Both the position numbers and the translations under genes were made by a program. Below are positions 45,533-58,193 of a DNA stretch of 63,359 nucleotides, piece by piece. How positions within the stretch are numbered: position 1 is the first letter of the stretch; each line of letters opens with the position of its first letter. The notes beneath the pieces are model-generated. The model saw only the letters and a program-made list of their open reading frames with translations, was not told where the DNA came from and did no database searches. This stretch comes from Prasinococcaceae sp. CCMP 1430 (taxonomy: Eukaryota > Plantae > Prasinodermophyta): contig RQSC01000602.1 of NCBI GenBank assembly GCA_013416795.1, positions 12,220 to 75,578 of the forward strand. Direction: 5' to 3'.

Positions 45533-45567
45533 AAGGGTGCGATTACAGTGAATGCAGACGCAAGCGC
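45533..45567 (-). repeat. Right arm of the 35-bp inverted repeat
   Basis: aagggtgcgattacagt-N6-agacgcaagcgc; 17-bp and 12-bp blocks are perfectly complementary to 43718-43752. Confidence 0.85.
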
Positions 45568-45633
45568 AAGATGCAGCGGATGGCGAAGGGGCTGCCAGGG
45601 CGGACATGTGGGTGAAAGGCACAAACATGTCGC

Positions 45634-45672
45634 AAACCCTAAACCCTAACCCTAACCCTAACCTAGTTAGGG
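45634..45672. repeat. Interstitial telomere-like tract
   Basis: aaaccct aaaccct aaccct aaccct aacct a gttaggg: mixed 7-mer and 6-mer units ending with one inverted unit. Confidence 0.8.
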
Positions 45673-45946
45673 TACACAGGCAGGGTTCAGGCGATCTTAT
45701 CCGCCGCGCGGTTCCCCGAGCGGAATCTTGCGCGTACGCGCGCGTGCGCTGCGCGCACGCGCCGCAACGGTAAGATCGGGGCCCCTCTCGCTAGGAGCCA
45801 CACTTGAGACGTTCCACAGCACTCCTTGTGTCACCCCCTCCCCTCTAGCGCGCTCTAGAGGCACCTTACTCCCCTCATTGGAGGACAGAAGCCGGGGCGT
45901 GCGCAGCGCGCGCTGCACACGCATCCCCCTGCGCCGCACCGCCGCT

Positions 45947-47010
45947 ATGGCTGCCGACGACGCAACCACCCCCCAGGCGCCCACCACGCGGCAGGCTACG
46001 GCTGCTGCGCAGCGCCTGGACACTCTGGAGACGACCCAGGCCGCCCAGCAGGCGGCCCAGGCCGCTCACGCCACCCAGCTGAGCGAGCTGAGCGAGCTGC
46101 TCGCCTACCAGCAGCTGGAGACTCAACGGCTGCAAGAGGCGCTCACCCGCCTGCGTGCACCGCCCGACGCAGCCCCGTCTGCGGCGACGCCGTCCGCTGC
46201 GCCCTTGCCGGCACTGACGGCGCTCACCTCCCTGCCTGCCTCCCCCCAGGGGACGGTCAGGGGGCACGAGCAGCGCACCGCGGTCCATGACCGCGCTGCC
46301 GCACTCGCTGATGCGTTCCTCGCACACGCGGGCGACGCTCTGCAGAGCGCTGAGCAGCACACGGTGCGCACGGCGCTCTCTGCAGCTCTGGCGCGCCTAC
46401 ACCTGAACGAGGCGCCCACCGCTGCCCCTGTGGCCTTCTGCAAGGGCCACGACGCCCACCTGCCCCAGGCGTTCGAGCCTACCGGCAGCCCCGACCAGCC
46501 CCGGCAGGTGGCCGACTTCATCTGCAAGGCCCGCAGGTACACTCGCCACCTGCGCCAACACTGGGCTGGCCACCGGGCAGGCGGCGTCCCTGATTCCGTC
46601 CTGATCCACGAGCTCAGTACGCGCCTCAAGGGTAGCGCTGCCACCTGGTACTCCCTACGCGACGAGCGGCCGGGCGCCTTCTGCTCAGCAGACGGCCAGC
46701 CCTCTGTGCTGGCCTTCCTGGACGAGCTCAAGCTCCGCTATGTGGCCTCTGCATCGGCCCACGAGGACCTGCGCCGCTCCATGGAGGCATGCTCCCTCTT
46801 CCACGACTGTGGCAACAGTCTGGCTACGTACGTCGAGCGTCTGGAACAGGACGCAGAGTACTACACCATCCTGGCCCCTCCAGGGCTCGCCCAGTCCCAG
46901 ATCGACAGGGACGTGGTCAGGGCAGCGCTCAACAACCTCTCGACGCTCGTCCTGGACAAGCTCCACGCCAGGATGCCCAACACTCCCACCCTGGACATGG
47001 CAGCCGCGCG
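45947..47010 (+). mobile_element. Retrotransposon gag-like ORF, 3'-truncated, no pol
   Basis: Coiled-coil N-terminus, then ELSTRLKGSAATWY...FLDELKLRY...LATYVERLE, resembling Ty3/Gypsy or DIRS capsid. Intronless, lower GC, runs into host-like sequence without its own stop. Confidence 0.6.
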
Positions 47011-47324
47011 CGCCGTGTGCCGCGGGCGCGGCGGCCGCGTTCGAGTTCGCATTCGAGTTTCGTTTTACGCGCGTGCGCGCGTTGATGGTCGGCGCACGGG
47101 GTCGCCACGCGTGCCGAGGTGGATGGGAAACACATGCTTGCTTGCTTACGGGCGGTGCCGTTCCCGCGGCCGCGCCCCGCGGCCATGGGGGTCAGGCGCA
47201 CACGCGCGTTCGCGCCGGCCGCCAGCGGCCATGGCTCGTCGTGGTAGCTCGTGAAAAGGAAGGGGAGTGCGCGCTCGGCGCGCTCGGCGCGCTCGGCGCG
47301 CTCGGCGCCGCTCTCTCAGCTCGC

Positions 47325-48659
47325 TCAGGCTGACTTCGCCTTGACGATCGGGACTGCGAGGGTGCCGCCCACCAGTCGCCGCCGAGCGCGGTCGGGAGGG
47401 GAGGGGGAGGGGAAAGGGCGGAGCGCGAGCGCGCGCAGGCGGCGCGAGCGTCAGCGCGCGCTCGGACGCGAACGCGGACGCAGCCGCGCGCGGCAGCGTC
47501 GCTGCGCGCCGGCGCGCTGCGCCGGCGCTGGCGCGCCTCCGGACTCACCCGAGGCCGAGTTGGCGATGCCGCACATGCCCTCCGCGCCCCTGTCCTGGGG
47601 GAGGCGAATGTAGCCCTCCTCGCCCCACGTGGGCCCCCAGCTGTTCTTGATGGTGTAGGTCTGGTCGTCCATGTCCATGGCGACGAGCAGGACGCCGTGG
47701 TCCAGCGAGGTGCCGCAGTAGCCGAAGACGCCGTGGAAGATGCCGCCGCCGTAGAACTGCCACAGCAGGGCGTCGACGCCCACGCTGACGGGCTGCTGCG
47801 AGAGCGCCTGGCGCAGGCCGTCCTCCGAGTTCACGGGCACGTCGGAGAAGTCGTCGATGGTGACGGCCGCCCTCTTGGACTTCTTGGCGTTGCACTGCGC
47901 GGCGACGCCCCCGCCCGCCACGTAGGGGTAGTCGCCCTCGGTGTCGAGGCCGCCGTTCTTGATCACCCAGCCGAAGGCGTTGTCCATGAGGCCGCCGTTG
48001 CACCCCTGGTCGCCGTTGTCGTCGCAGCTCACGAGCTCCTGCTCGGAGAGCGACACGAGCTCGCCGCTGGCGAGGAAGTTGGCGCCTTCGATGGAGCCGA
48101 CGGTGGAGAACGCCCAGCACGAGCCGCACTGGCCCTGGTTCTTGATGGGCGTCACCGCGCCCTTCTCGCGCCAGTCGATGCTGGCGGAGGCCTCCTCGGC
48201 GCTCACGCCGGCGTGCACGAACTCGCGCGGCAGGCTGTCGTCCGACTTGGCGCGCAGCGTGAGGGTCGCCGCGAACTCCTCGTGGGTGTGGTCCATGAAG
48301 GGGCCCTCGGTGGAGAGCACCCACCCGCCCTGGTCGTTCCTGTTGGCGCCTGTGGCCGCCAGGTACTCGACGTGCGCGAGGTTGGCCTTGTACGTGGCGA
48401 AGCGGCGCTCGTACTCGCCGTCGGCGCCGAGCATGTGCTCGGCGCGGCCGGTGGCGTAGGCGCGCCCGTGCCTGGCCGCCCACGCGTCGAAGTCGGCGCG
48501 CTGCTTGGCCTCGAGCTGCGCCTCGCGCAGGCCCTCCACGCCGCTCATCGGCTCGACGACGCCCGGGCGGCGCGCGGCGTCCGCGCCCATCGCGAGGGCG
48601 CCCGCGACCACGGCGAGCACGCTTTGCGCCCCGAGCGGGGCGCGCGTGCGGGCGCGCAT
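47325..48659 (-). CDS. Papain-family (C1A) cysteine protease with I29 prodomain
   Basis: ERRFATYKANL, SIDWREKGAVTPIKNQGQCGSCWAFS, GCNGGLM, LDHGVLLV, IKNSWGPTWGEEGY. Exons 48659-47549 and 47353-47325. Confidence 0.95.
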
Positions 48660-48754
48660 CTTGCCTCTCTCTACCTTGCCGCCCTGTATGTACAGTGGGT
48701 GTGCCCCGCCAGCGTCTTCGCTCGACCCCAGGAGGCAGCGCGGCTTCACAGCCC

Positions 48755-48958
48755 CTACCGGGGCGTAGAGGCGACACCGGACAGCACGGGCGTGGCAGCC
48801 TCCGGCTCGCCGGCTGCGATGGCCTCGTCGGCCGTGCTGACCGCCATCTCAACGACCTTCTGCAGCGTGTCCTGCAGGTACGCCTTGTGGCTCATGAGCG
48901 CGTCCAGCGCATTGAGCAACTGCGAGTTTAGCTTCTCCCGCTCTTCCTCGCACGTCGT
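48755..48958 (-). CDS. 3' fragment resembling kinetochore NDC80/HEC1 C-terminus; rest lost at the n join 48959
   Basis: CEEEREKLNSQLLNALDALMSHKAYLQDTL recalls the NDC80 C-terminal coiled coil from memory. Confidence 0.5.
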   Translation of the reverse strand, partial: TTCEEEREKLNSQLLNALDALMSHKAYLQDTLQKVVEMAVSTADEAIAAGEPEAATPVLSGVASTPR

Positions 48959-49475
48959 NGGGAACGCGCCCGCGAAACGCGCCCGCGCCGCGGCCGGGCC
49001 GCGCGCGCGCCGGAGCGGATTGTCCTCCCCCAGTCTTTTCCCCCCCGAAAATGATTCGAGCGCGCGCGCGAGCGCGCATTCGGGGAACCGCCGCCACAAA
49101 ACGCGCGGAACGGCGCGCGTGCAAAACTTGGGTAAAAATTACATCATATTTGTGGTCACTCTTACCCGCGGGAGAGTTTGGCCCTCGTAACGCCCACATC
49201 AAATTGCCTTGACAGAGAGGCGATGCCAAGGATCAATGCATTCAGATATACCTCACCGTCCGGCTTCGGCGGAAGGTCACTTTGAAAGCACCACCGGCGG
49301 AGATGCATCTCGATACATGCGACAGAGTGTGATGCGGTACCCTCGGCCTCGGAGCGCCGCTGAGTGCGCCGGCGCGCGCTGCGCAGCGCCACTCAGTGCG
49401 CGCACCGCGGGGCGCACGCGGCAGGAGGACGAGGGGAGGCAATGCGCACGCCGGCACTCACGCGCCAACTCAGTG

Positions 49476-49790
49476 ATGGGTGATTGGCGCGGCCGCGCGG
49501 CGCGCGCGCGCGCCCGTGCGCGCCCTGGCACGGCGGCCGTCGCCGCAGACGCCGCGCCGGCGCCCGCTCCCGCCCCTGGGCCGAAGCCTGCGCCGCTGGC
49601 GCCACCGGAGTCGGTGTGCGGGCCGCCCGACATCACCGGCGTTGACTTCAGCTACGCGGGCGACTGCGTGGACTCCGGCGCGGGGTGCATCGCGCCGGAC
49701 GCGGACAACACGTACTGCTGTTGTGTCGCCACCTTGACGAACACCTTCGGCAGCATCGTCAACACTGGCACCATTACTTTTGGCGGATGA
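49476..49790 (+). CDS. Short Pro-rich/Cys-rich coding fragment, unknown
   Basis: Coding-like codon usage in PAPAPGPKP...VCGPPD...GDCVDSGAGCIAPDADNTYCCCVATL; no clear start. Confidence 0.35.
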   Translation: MGDWRGRAARARARARPGTAAVAADAAPAPAPAPGPKPAPLAPPESVCGPPDITGVDFSYAGDCVDSGAGCIAPDADNTYCCCVATLTNTFGSIVNTGTITFGG

Positions 49791-49819
49791 GCGAGCCGAG
49801 CGAGCCGCGCGCGCCCACA

Positions 49820-52800
49820 TTAGCTACTGTAAGAGGCGGCCCCGGTGTGCTCACGTCCCGTCCGCGAGGCCCTGCCCGGCCGGCCGGTCTTGAGCACGAG
49901 CGCCACCATTGCGAGCGCCCTGGCGATGAGCCCGCAGAGCACGAGGGCGCGCAGCTCGCTCGCGAGACCGCCCTGCATGGACAGGCCACCGAACGCTCCC
50001 AAACTGACGCAGCGCCTCACGAGCATCGAGCCTTCGTACGCCTTGAGCTCGGCGAAAAGGAGGGCGCGGAGCATGTGCGATACGAAGTTGACTTGCTCGA
50101 GGACGTGGGTGTTCGAGTTTGCCATGAGCCCTGAAATGAGGGCAGTCACCGCGCAGACGAGCTGCGCTGTCACGGGCTGCAATGCAATGGACGCCATGTA
50201 TGCCACTCCGCTCGCCGCGTAGCTGCCCGCGATCCCGGCAAGCAGATAATCCCAGAGCGAACCGCGCGGCAGGTTGAAAGCCGTCCAACTGAGCATGAAC
50301 ACTAACGGGCGCAGGATCACCGAGACGAGCTCGACCGCATCCTTCGCGAGCATGTAAGCCAGGCGTGATTGCCCGCTGACCACCTCTCGCATCAGCACGG
50401 CACTGCCGTGCACCTCGTCGCCGAATGCTCTCTGCGAGCCTACACCCACGAGGAGGATGAGCGCTGTGCCAGCGTTTGCAAAAGGGCCCTCGCCGAGCGG
50501 CAAAACTGGCATGGGCGGCGACAAGCCGCCGACAGCGGCACCAGCGAAAGCGAGCACGCTGTACTCGGCGATGACAAGTGGGAGCTGGCGCGTGTATCCT
50601 GCGACGCGATGCACGGATAGTAGGGCGTAGTGTTGGCGCGCAAATAAGACGTGGGCAGCGACGTGTCAGCGCCCGTAGTGACAACGAGTACTACTAGCTA
50701 GTCGTGCGCTGGCGCGTAGTGCTGTTTGGCAGCTCTTTCATTTGCGTTCGGCCACCGCATCAAGCTGACTTGCGGGCCGTGCGCACGCACTGCCCCGATG
50801 CCTCCGCACGCGCGCACCGGCGGCGCGCGTGCATCCGCCCGCATTGACGAAGCGCCGCTAACAAGCAACAAACACAACACACACACACTCACACACCTGT
50901 GAGTGCCGCCCGGTGACAAATGAGCTGAATCTGTCGCAGAACACCCACTCGCTGGCGCCCTGACTTCTCATCGGAAGAGGGCCGGAAAACGTCCAAAGCG
51001 GCGTGCCCCGCCGCGCCGAGGACGCCGCGCATCCATGCAAAGACCTTGCACGCGTTTTCGCCGGCGCTCCTGAACAGCCCCGGTCTGTGCCTCCCGGTGA
51101 CGTCTGCATCGTCTGCATCAACTTGCATCATGCCTCCATCGTCGCCGTCCGCCCCTGCCGCGCTCAACGCCTGTTGCATGCCGGCCCCAAACGAAGGAAA
51201 GTCATCGGCGCGGCGCAGCGTCTGCACCCAGCGGGCGTGCGCCGCCCGCTCCTCGTCGCTGGATTGCTCCGCGGGGAACGCTGCGCTGCTCGAGAGCGTC
51301 AGGCACTCCAACCACCAGTCCGCGGGATTTATCAACGCCGGCGCACGCAGGCCCATCCCCTCGAGATGTTCGGATAGGTCCGACACCTTGCCGATGTAGG
51401 CTAGGTGCCCGCGTGCAAGCAGTACGAGAAGCCCGAACTTCCTCACGACCTCGTAGGGCGGCTGGTGGAGTACCGCAACGACTGTCCTTCCCGAAGGCAG
51501 CGCAGCACGTCGCACCCCGTCCAGGACATGCCGAGCAGTCGCAGCATCGAGTCCCGAAGTGGGTTCCTACATGCATCAGAGAGTGCCACGCGTTAGCCGA
51601 GCACACGATGCATCTACGGGCGCAGAACAGTGCACTTGCGCGCCATCCAAACAAAAATCGCACACACGCAGGTGCAAACAGCACACGCACGACAGCGACA
51701 TAAAAATACGTACATCCAGGAACAGTATGGCCGGGTCGCAGACGAGCTCCATCGCAATGTTCGTGCGCCGCTTTTGCCCACCAGATATGCCTCGCTTGCG
51801 ATCGCTGCCAACGGTGAGGCCACGGACGTTTTCCAGTCCAAGAGTGCGGATGCATTGCTCTACGAGGCGCAGGTGTTCACCGCGGGTGCGCTCGCGGAGG
51901 CGCATGCGCACACTGAAGGCGATGTTCTCTTCGACAGTCAGCGCGTGGTGCATCACGTCGGTTTGGGGCGCGAAACCAAGGACGCGCCGCATGGAATGCA
52001 CGGGATATCTTCCATTCGCGGTGACGACCGTGACACTTCCTGAGACCAGTGCATTGCCACCCAACCGGTCAGCCAAAGCGGTCAGGAAGAACGTCTTGCC
52101 CGCCCCGCTCGGGCCTAGCACGGCGCTTATGCTCGCGCTCGGGAGCTCTCCTGACACATTTTCCAGCACGGTGGCGCCAGTGTCTCGCATGCGCACGGAA
52201 AGGTCGCAGAAGACGATGCGCGCGCCGATGGTGCGGGCGCCTTGAGCCTCGGTGCGTGTTGCGCTCATCCCCTCGCGACGCCGCCGGTCCGCCCCTCCGT
52301 CGAAACGCACATGACTTCTGGCCACAGTTGCTGTTGTCACGTCTTGTTGCATCACCTGCTCGGACGTCACTGGTGAAGTGCTGCGTGGTGAGACCTCCTG
52401 CTGCTGCTGTAGCCCGCTCAGTGCATCGAAGTAATCCACGGAGAGCCCTCGCCGATGGTGTTCACGGCGGGTAGTGTACTGGGCGGCTGGCGCTTCCCCG
52501 AGCGACGACGACACTGAGAGCGTGCCCAGTCTGAGCCGCCTCGGTCGCGAAGCGGACGATGAAGGTTCACTCGACACTTGCTCGTCGTCCTCTAATTGAG
52601 GGGAACAAGGCGCCGTCGGCTCGTCATCTTCAGCCGCAGGTGCGGCGCGGCCACCCTTCTCGTCGTCGAGGTGTGATGGCTCGCCCCGCAAAGGGCCACG
52701 GGAAGCAGTGCCTGGCACCGCGCTTAGCTCTAGCGCCTCGTTTTCGTCGGTGTGCATGCCTAAGTCGCTGTTTGGGGCGAAGACGTCGTCCCTGTCGTCG

Positions 52801-54962
52801 CTCTCAGCAATGAGCTCATAGCGCGCGTCTCTTCTGCAGGATTCGGAACCTGTACGAGCCTCTCGGTGCTGTCGAGGTGCGAAGGCCGACACAAGGTTGT
52901 TGTGTGCTTTGCGCATAAAGCGCTTGAAGCCGTGCAAAACGAAACTGACTCCGGTGTGACGATCTGCCTGGGCTCGTGGCGGTCGATCCCGCGAGAGTGC
53001 TGCTGCGTGGCTATCGTCATCGAAGGTCGCGCTCGATGCACGCCGCAGGCGTTCTTCGGCGCGTCTGCGCGCCGCAGAGTGGAGGAGTGTGCGTTGCTCC
53101 TGCCAGCGCGTGGCGATCGCATACGCCATAGTGAGTGCTGCCGCGCTGGCGATCACGAGCGCGGGTCCCATGAAATTTGTCCAGGGAATCGTAGCGGTGC
53201 CCGCCGGACAGTGAGCGAAAAGTGAGGGGGGGCAAGGGCGCGGAGCGGTGCTTCCGCGGGGGCAGTAGTGTCCCGCTGGGCACAGACGGATTGTTGTGGT
53301 CGTCGCGCACGACCATCCAGCGGGGCAGTCGCTCCAGAACACGTCCGCACCACCGCATCCACCCCCGCCGAGCCCTGCGTCTGCAGCGTCGGCCGACGGC
53401 GCGTACATGTACGGGGCGCACACCGGGCGGCGGTGTGCTGCCCCCCACAAGTCATCTGTCCTCCCGCCAGCCGCTGGAACGCCCCCCAAAGTCGTCTGGA
53501 CCTGCTCGTAGTCAACGCGTGCAGCCGGTGACGGACAATAGGCGCCCAACGGGCACGGCAGCATGCACGCGAGGCCCGCAGGCGAAAAATAGCCCGGGCA
53601 CGCAGCGAGCATGCTGTCAGCCCGCCGCCGCGAGGCCATGCCGTTGAGCACAGCGACCACCGCACGCTGCGTAGCAGCGTCGCCGACGAATTCGCGTGCG
53701 AGCGCGGCACCACGACTGAAGTCGACGTCCTGTCGATCCGCTCTTCCATGGCCTGCCCCTGTTGAGGCTGCCTCCTCTGGCTCTTGAGCGGCCACACCGC
53801 CATTTCTTAGGGCCGCCCGCACAGCTGCCGCCGCGAGCGCGGCCTCCGACTCGCGCAGCGCGTCGCCGAGCCGCGTGGGGGGGCTGACCCATCCCGGCGC
53901 GCACGCGGGCAGCGCCGTGTCAATGGAGCACCACGTGGTCTCCAGCGCCTCAAAGGCCCCGCCGCCGCGGTCCACGGCGCTCGCCGGGTTGGCCGCGAGC
54001 GATTCGAGAAGCGCGCCGACTTCCGCTGGCGAGCACAAAAGGGGCGCCAGCAGCGGCGCCGAGGCGCAGTGTAGCAGCGCGGGAGGCGCGGAGGTGGCGG
54101 ACAGTGTGCCGTTGCTACTTTCGCCCGTGATGGCAGGCAGTTCCTCGTCCGCATCGCCAGCGTGCGAGAGAGCATCGTCCAGGAGGCTATCAGGAATGGA
54201 GTGGTTGGGTTGGCTGCCTGTACCATTGTCGACGGTCGGTAGGGTCAAGACGAAGACATCTGGCAGAAGCGCCGCCGACGCGTCGCGTGGCAGCACGCAT
54301 TGCTCCAGCATTTGGCGCGCGCTCGCAGACCGCGACGAGGAGGAGGCAGCGCTAGCAGCAGCGGTGGCATTGGCTTGCTCGTCCCTCCCAGAACCCGCTG
54401 CCAGCGCCGCGGTGGCGCCCTTGGCGACGTCGCTGAGCGCGCGCGCGACGAGCTCAGGGGTGGCAGCGCTGCTATTGTCGCCGGATGAGTTTGACGGCAG
54501 CACCTGGGCAAGCAGTGCGTCTGTGAGCGGCCCGGTGTACGCCTCGCCGGCGGCCGCAGACACGTCTGCGGCATAGTCGCCCGAAGTGTACCAGCCCGCA
54601 CTACTGTCGTGGCCGACCTCGCCCCCCTCCTCCACCTCCTCCTCAGGCTCCCCAGCGCGGGGAAGGGGCGCGGCGAGCTCGCTGCTGACGTGCCCCTCCA
54701 TGCCACGTTCGCCACCGCCGCCGCCGAGCCGCAGCGGCCCCCCGTCGGCCCCAACCGTCGCCACCACGCCCCCAACCCATGCTGACCAGCGCTCCGCGTT
54801 CGTAGAGCCCCGTGGCCGGGACCCGAAAACCGAAGCGCACCCCTGCCCCCCTCCCTCCCCACACTCCCTCTTCCCTCCTCGAGGCTGCGCTCTCTGTCGC
54901 GCCCCCGCTGTGGCGCACCCACACGCGGCGCTTCCCCCCCCCCCCCTCCTTGTTCCTGCCAT
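49820..54962 (-). CDS. ABCG24/ABCG28-like half-transporter with large Cys-rich extracellular N-terminal region
   Basis: CPGYFSPAGLACMLPCPLGAYCP, GCGGADV, CPAGHYCPRGST, a TM segment, GPSGAGKT, ISGGQKRRTNIAMELV; introns 51567-51713 and 50599-50896; ABC2 domain. Start uncertain. Confidence 0.85.
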
Positions 54963-55597
54963 TTCTTGCGCGCTCGTGCCTTCTGCGCGCTCATTCTTCC
55001 AGCCCCTCGGCCGCGCGCCGACGGGACCCCCGCCGGCACGCGCGCGCGCAGCGCCAGCAAAGGAGTGGTGCGCGCCAGCCGTGTGGCAGCAATGGGGCTC
55101 GTCATCAGGGAAGGAGGCCACCGGGGGAAAAAAACAACGCGTTCGAACAGACCAAAGCCAAAAAGCCTAACGTTTGTGCGTCTGGTTTTTGCTTTTGCGT
55201 TTGTCTCCACGCGCTCAATACATCTGTGTGGACATTTCATTAAAGCACGGGAGAGTACAGTGTGAACGCATGCATGGTGACTTTCGATGCGCAGCGCTGC
55301 GGCGGGACATGCTGGGTGCGGCCGGCAAGGCGGGTGCCGAGGCTGCAGCCGTCGGCTGCGAGGCGGCGCTGCGCACAGGCGCGTGGCGTCGGGCGCGGGC
55401 CTCGCCGATGCGGGCGCGCAGGTGAGAGGGCGCGGGAGGGGCACCGATGCCGCTGACGCTGCCGCTGCTCTCATGGCCGTCGCCGACGAGGCGCGATCCC
55501 TCTGCACTCGCCGCGCCCGCGCGGCGAGCGCGACCACTGACCGCGCATGCGAGCGCGCCGCGTGGAGCAGGGGGCGTACGCGATCGATGTCGGCGCG

Positions 55598-56583
55598 ATG
55601 GAGAGCGGCGGTGGCAGCCCGATGGGCGCACTGCCGTCCGCAGCGGCCGCGCCGTTCGGGACAGCCGCGTACACAGCGCCGCCGCCAGCCCGCAGGGTGT
55701 ACACAGCCCGCACCAACTCGTCGAACAAACTCCTGGTAAGGCCGAGCGCGCGATCGCGTGCGCGCTGCCTGCTCCCCCGATCCTCTTCCCCACTGACGCG
55801 TTCTGACCCCCACCCTTTCACCACCACCACCACCACACGCACGCACACCCTCCTGTCCTCCCGCCCACGTGCGCTCCGCTCCGCAGGCCGTGCGTGCGGC
55901 ATCCGCGCTCGGCCCGCGCGGCGTGCTAATGGCGTGCTCGTTCGTGCTGCTGCTGCTGCTGTGGCTGGGCGCGCGCGCGCACCCGGCCGTCTTCACGACG
56001 CTCGTCATTTGCGCGGGCGCGTTCGCGTTCTCGGCATGGCTGTGCGCGTGGGTGCTGAGGCGCGACGAGGGCCCGCCTGAGCTCGCCGAGGTGTCCGACG
56101 CCATCCGCGACGGCGCCGAGGGCTTCTTCGCGACGCAGTACGGGACCATCGGCAACCTGAGCATCGCGTTGGGCGCGGGCATCTTCTTGCTGTACGCGCT
56201 GCGCGAGCCGCCGCCGGCACACGCCGCCGCGGGCGTCGGCCGCGTGCAGGTGGCGATCTTCACCACCGCAGCGTTCGCGCTCGGAGCGGCGTGCTCGGGG
56301 CTCGCGGGCTACACCGGCATGTGGGTTTCGGTGCGAGCGAACGTGCGCGTAGCAGCGGCCGCGCGGCGCTCGGCGCGCGAGCCGCTCGCCCTCGCGCTGC
56401 GTGCGGGCGGCTTCTCCGCGCTGCTGGTGGTGGCGTCGGCCATGCTGGGCATCAGCGCGCTCTTCGCGCTGTCCTGCGCGCTCTTTGGCGCGGGACAGCC
56501 GGGGGGGCTCGCCATGGAGGAGGTGTCGCTGCTGTTGGTGGGTTACGGCTTCGGCGCGAGCTTCGTGGCACTCTTCGCGCAGC

Positions 56584-56626
<43 letters not shown>

Positions 56627-58193
56627 CCTCGTCGGCAAGGTCGAGCAGTCCATCCCGGAGGACGACCCGCGCAACCCGGCTGTGATCGCCGACCTTGTCG
56701 GCGATAACGTGGGCGACTGCGCCGCGCGTGGCGCGGACTTGTTCGAGTCGATCGCCGCCGAGGTCATCAGCGCGATGATCCTGGGCGGCACGCTCGCCAG
56801 GAAGAGCTCCCTCGAGAACTCCGCGGGCTTCGTTCTGTTCCCCCTGGTGGTCCATTCCATGGACCTCATTGTGTCGGCCATCGGTTTCATGGCGATCCGG
56901 CCGACCGCAAACGGCTCCTCCGGGCGGCCCGAGGACCCGATGTCCCTGCTGAAGAAGGGCTACACGCTCAGCGTGGTCCTTGCGTCCCTGGGCTTCACCG
57001 CCGCGTGCCGAATCATGCTCTACACGGAGGCGGCTCCCGGCGCGTGGGTGAACTTCGCAGGATGCGGGCTGGTGGGCATCGCCACGGCGTACGCCTTCGT
57101 CTTTATCACGCAGTACTACACCGACTACAAGTTTGCGCCGGTCCGCAAGGTCGCAGAGGCGTGCACCACGGGCCACGGCACCAACGTCATCGCGGGCGTG
57201 GCCCTCGGACTCGAGTCCACTGCCCTGCCGGTGCTCGTGATAAGCGCTGCAGTAATCTCCGCGTACTGGCTTGGCCGCACGAGCGGCTTGCAGGACGATC
57301 TGGGAGTTCCGACCGGCGGCCTCTTCGGCACGGCCGTCGCGACGATGGGGATGCTGAGCACGGCCGTGTACGTTTTGACGATGGACGTGTTCGGGCCCAT
57401 CGCGGACAACGCCGGCGGAATCGTGGAAATGAGCCAGCAGCCCGAGCACGTGCGCGAGGTTACAGACCTTCTCGACGCGGTGGGCAACACGACCAAGGCA
57501 ACGACGAAGGGCTTCGCGATAGGCTCGGCCGCGCTCGCTTGTTTCCTGCTCTTCAGCGCCTTCATGGACGAGTGCAGCGCCTTCTCGGGCGTGCCGTTCA
57601 CCAGCGTAGACATCGCCGTTCCCGAGGTCTTCGTCGGCGGGCTCCTCGGCGCCATGCTGGTGTTTCTGTTCTCGAGCATGGCGTGCATGGCGGTGGGGCG
57701 CAGCGCGCAGGAGGTGGTCAACGAGGTCCGTCGCCAGTTCGCCGAGCGCCCGGGCATCATGTCGTTCCAGGAAAAGCCCGACTACGCTCGGTGTGTGAGC
57801 ATCGTCGCGAAGTCGGCCTTGCGGGAGATGGTGCTGCCGGGCGTCACGGTGGTGGCCGCGCCCATCGTCGTCGGCGTGGGGTTCAAATTGCTCGGCGACG
57901 CCTCGCAGCAGCCACTGCTCGGCGCGCGCGCCGTCGCTGGCATGCTCATGTTCGCGACCGTCACGGGGATCCTCATGGCTCTCTTTCTGAATACGGCCGG
58001 CGGGGCGTGGGACAACGCCAAGAAGTACATCGAGCAGGGGGCGCACGGGGGCAAGAACAGCGAGGCGCACAAGGCCAGCGTCACGGGCGACACGGTGGGC
58101 GACCCCTTCAAAGACACGGCGGGGCCGTCCCTCCACGTGCTCATCAAACTCCTGTCCACGGTCACTCTAGTGATGTGCCCGCTGTTCCTCTGA
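55598..58193 (+). CDS. VHP2: Type II, K+-independent H+-translocating pyrophosphatase (AVP2/VHP2-like)
   Basis: Exons 55598-55735 and 55887-58193. [46 protein letters not shown] (Lys determinant), GGAWDNAKK, GDTVGDPFKDTAGP. Confidence 0.95.

Noticed and set aside
43738-45547. Solo or 5' LTR reading of the TGTAAT...ATTACA segment
   Set aside because: No target-site duplication (cgtac versus gtgaa), no tRNA primer site, and the inverted match extends beyond the TG/CA ends.
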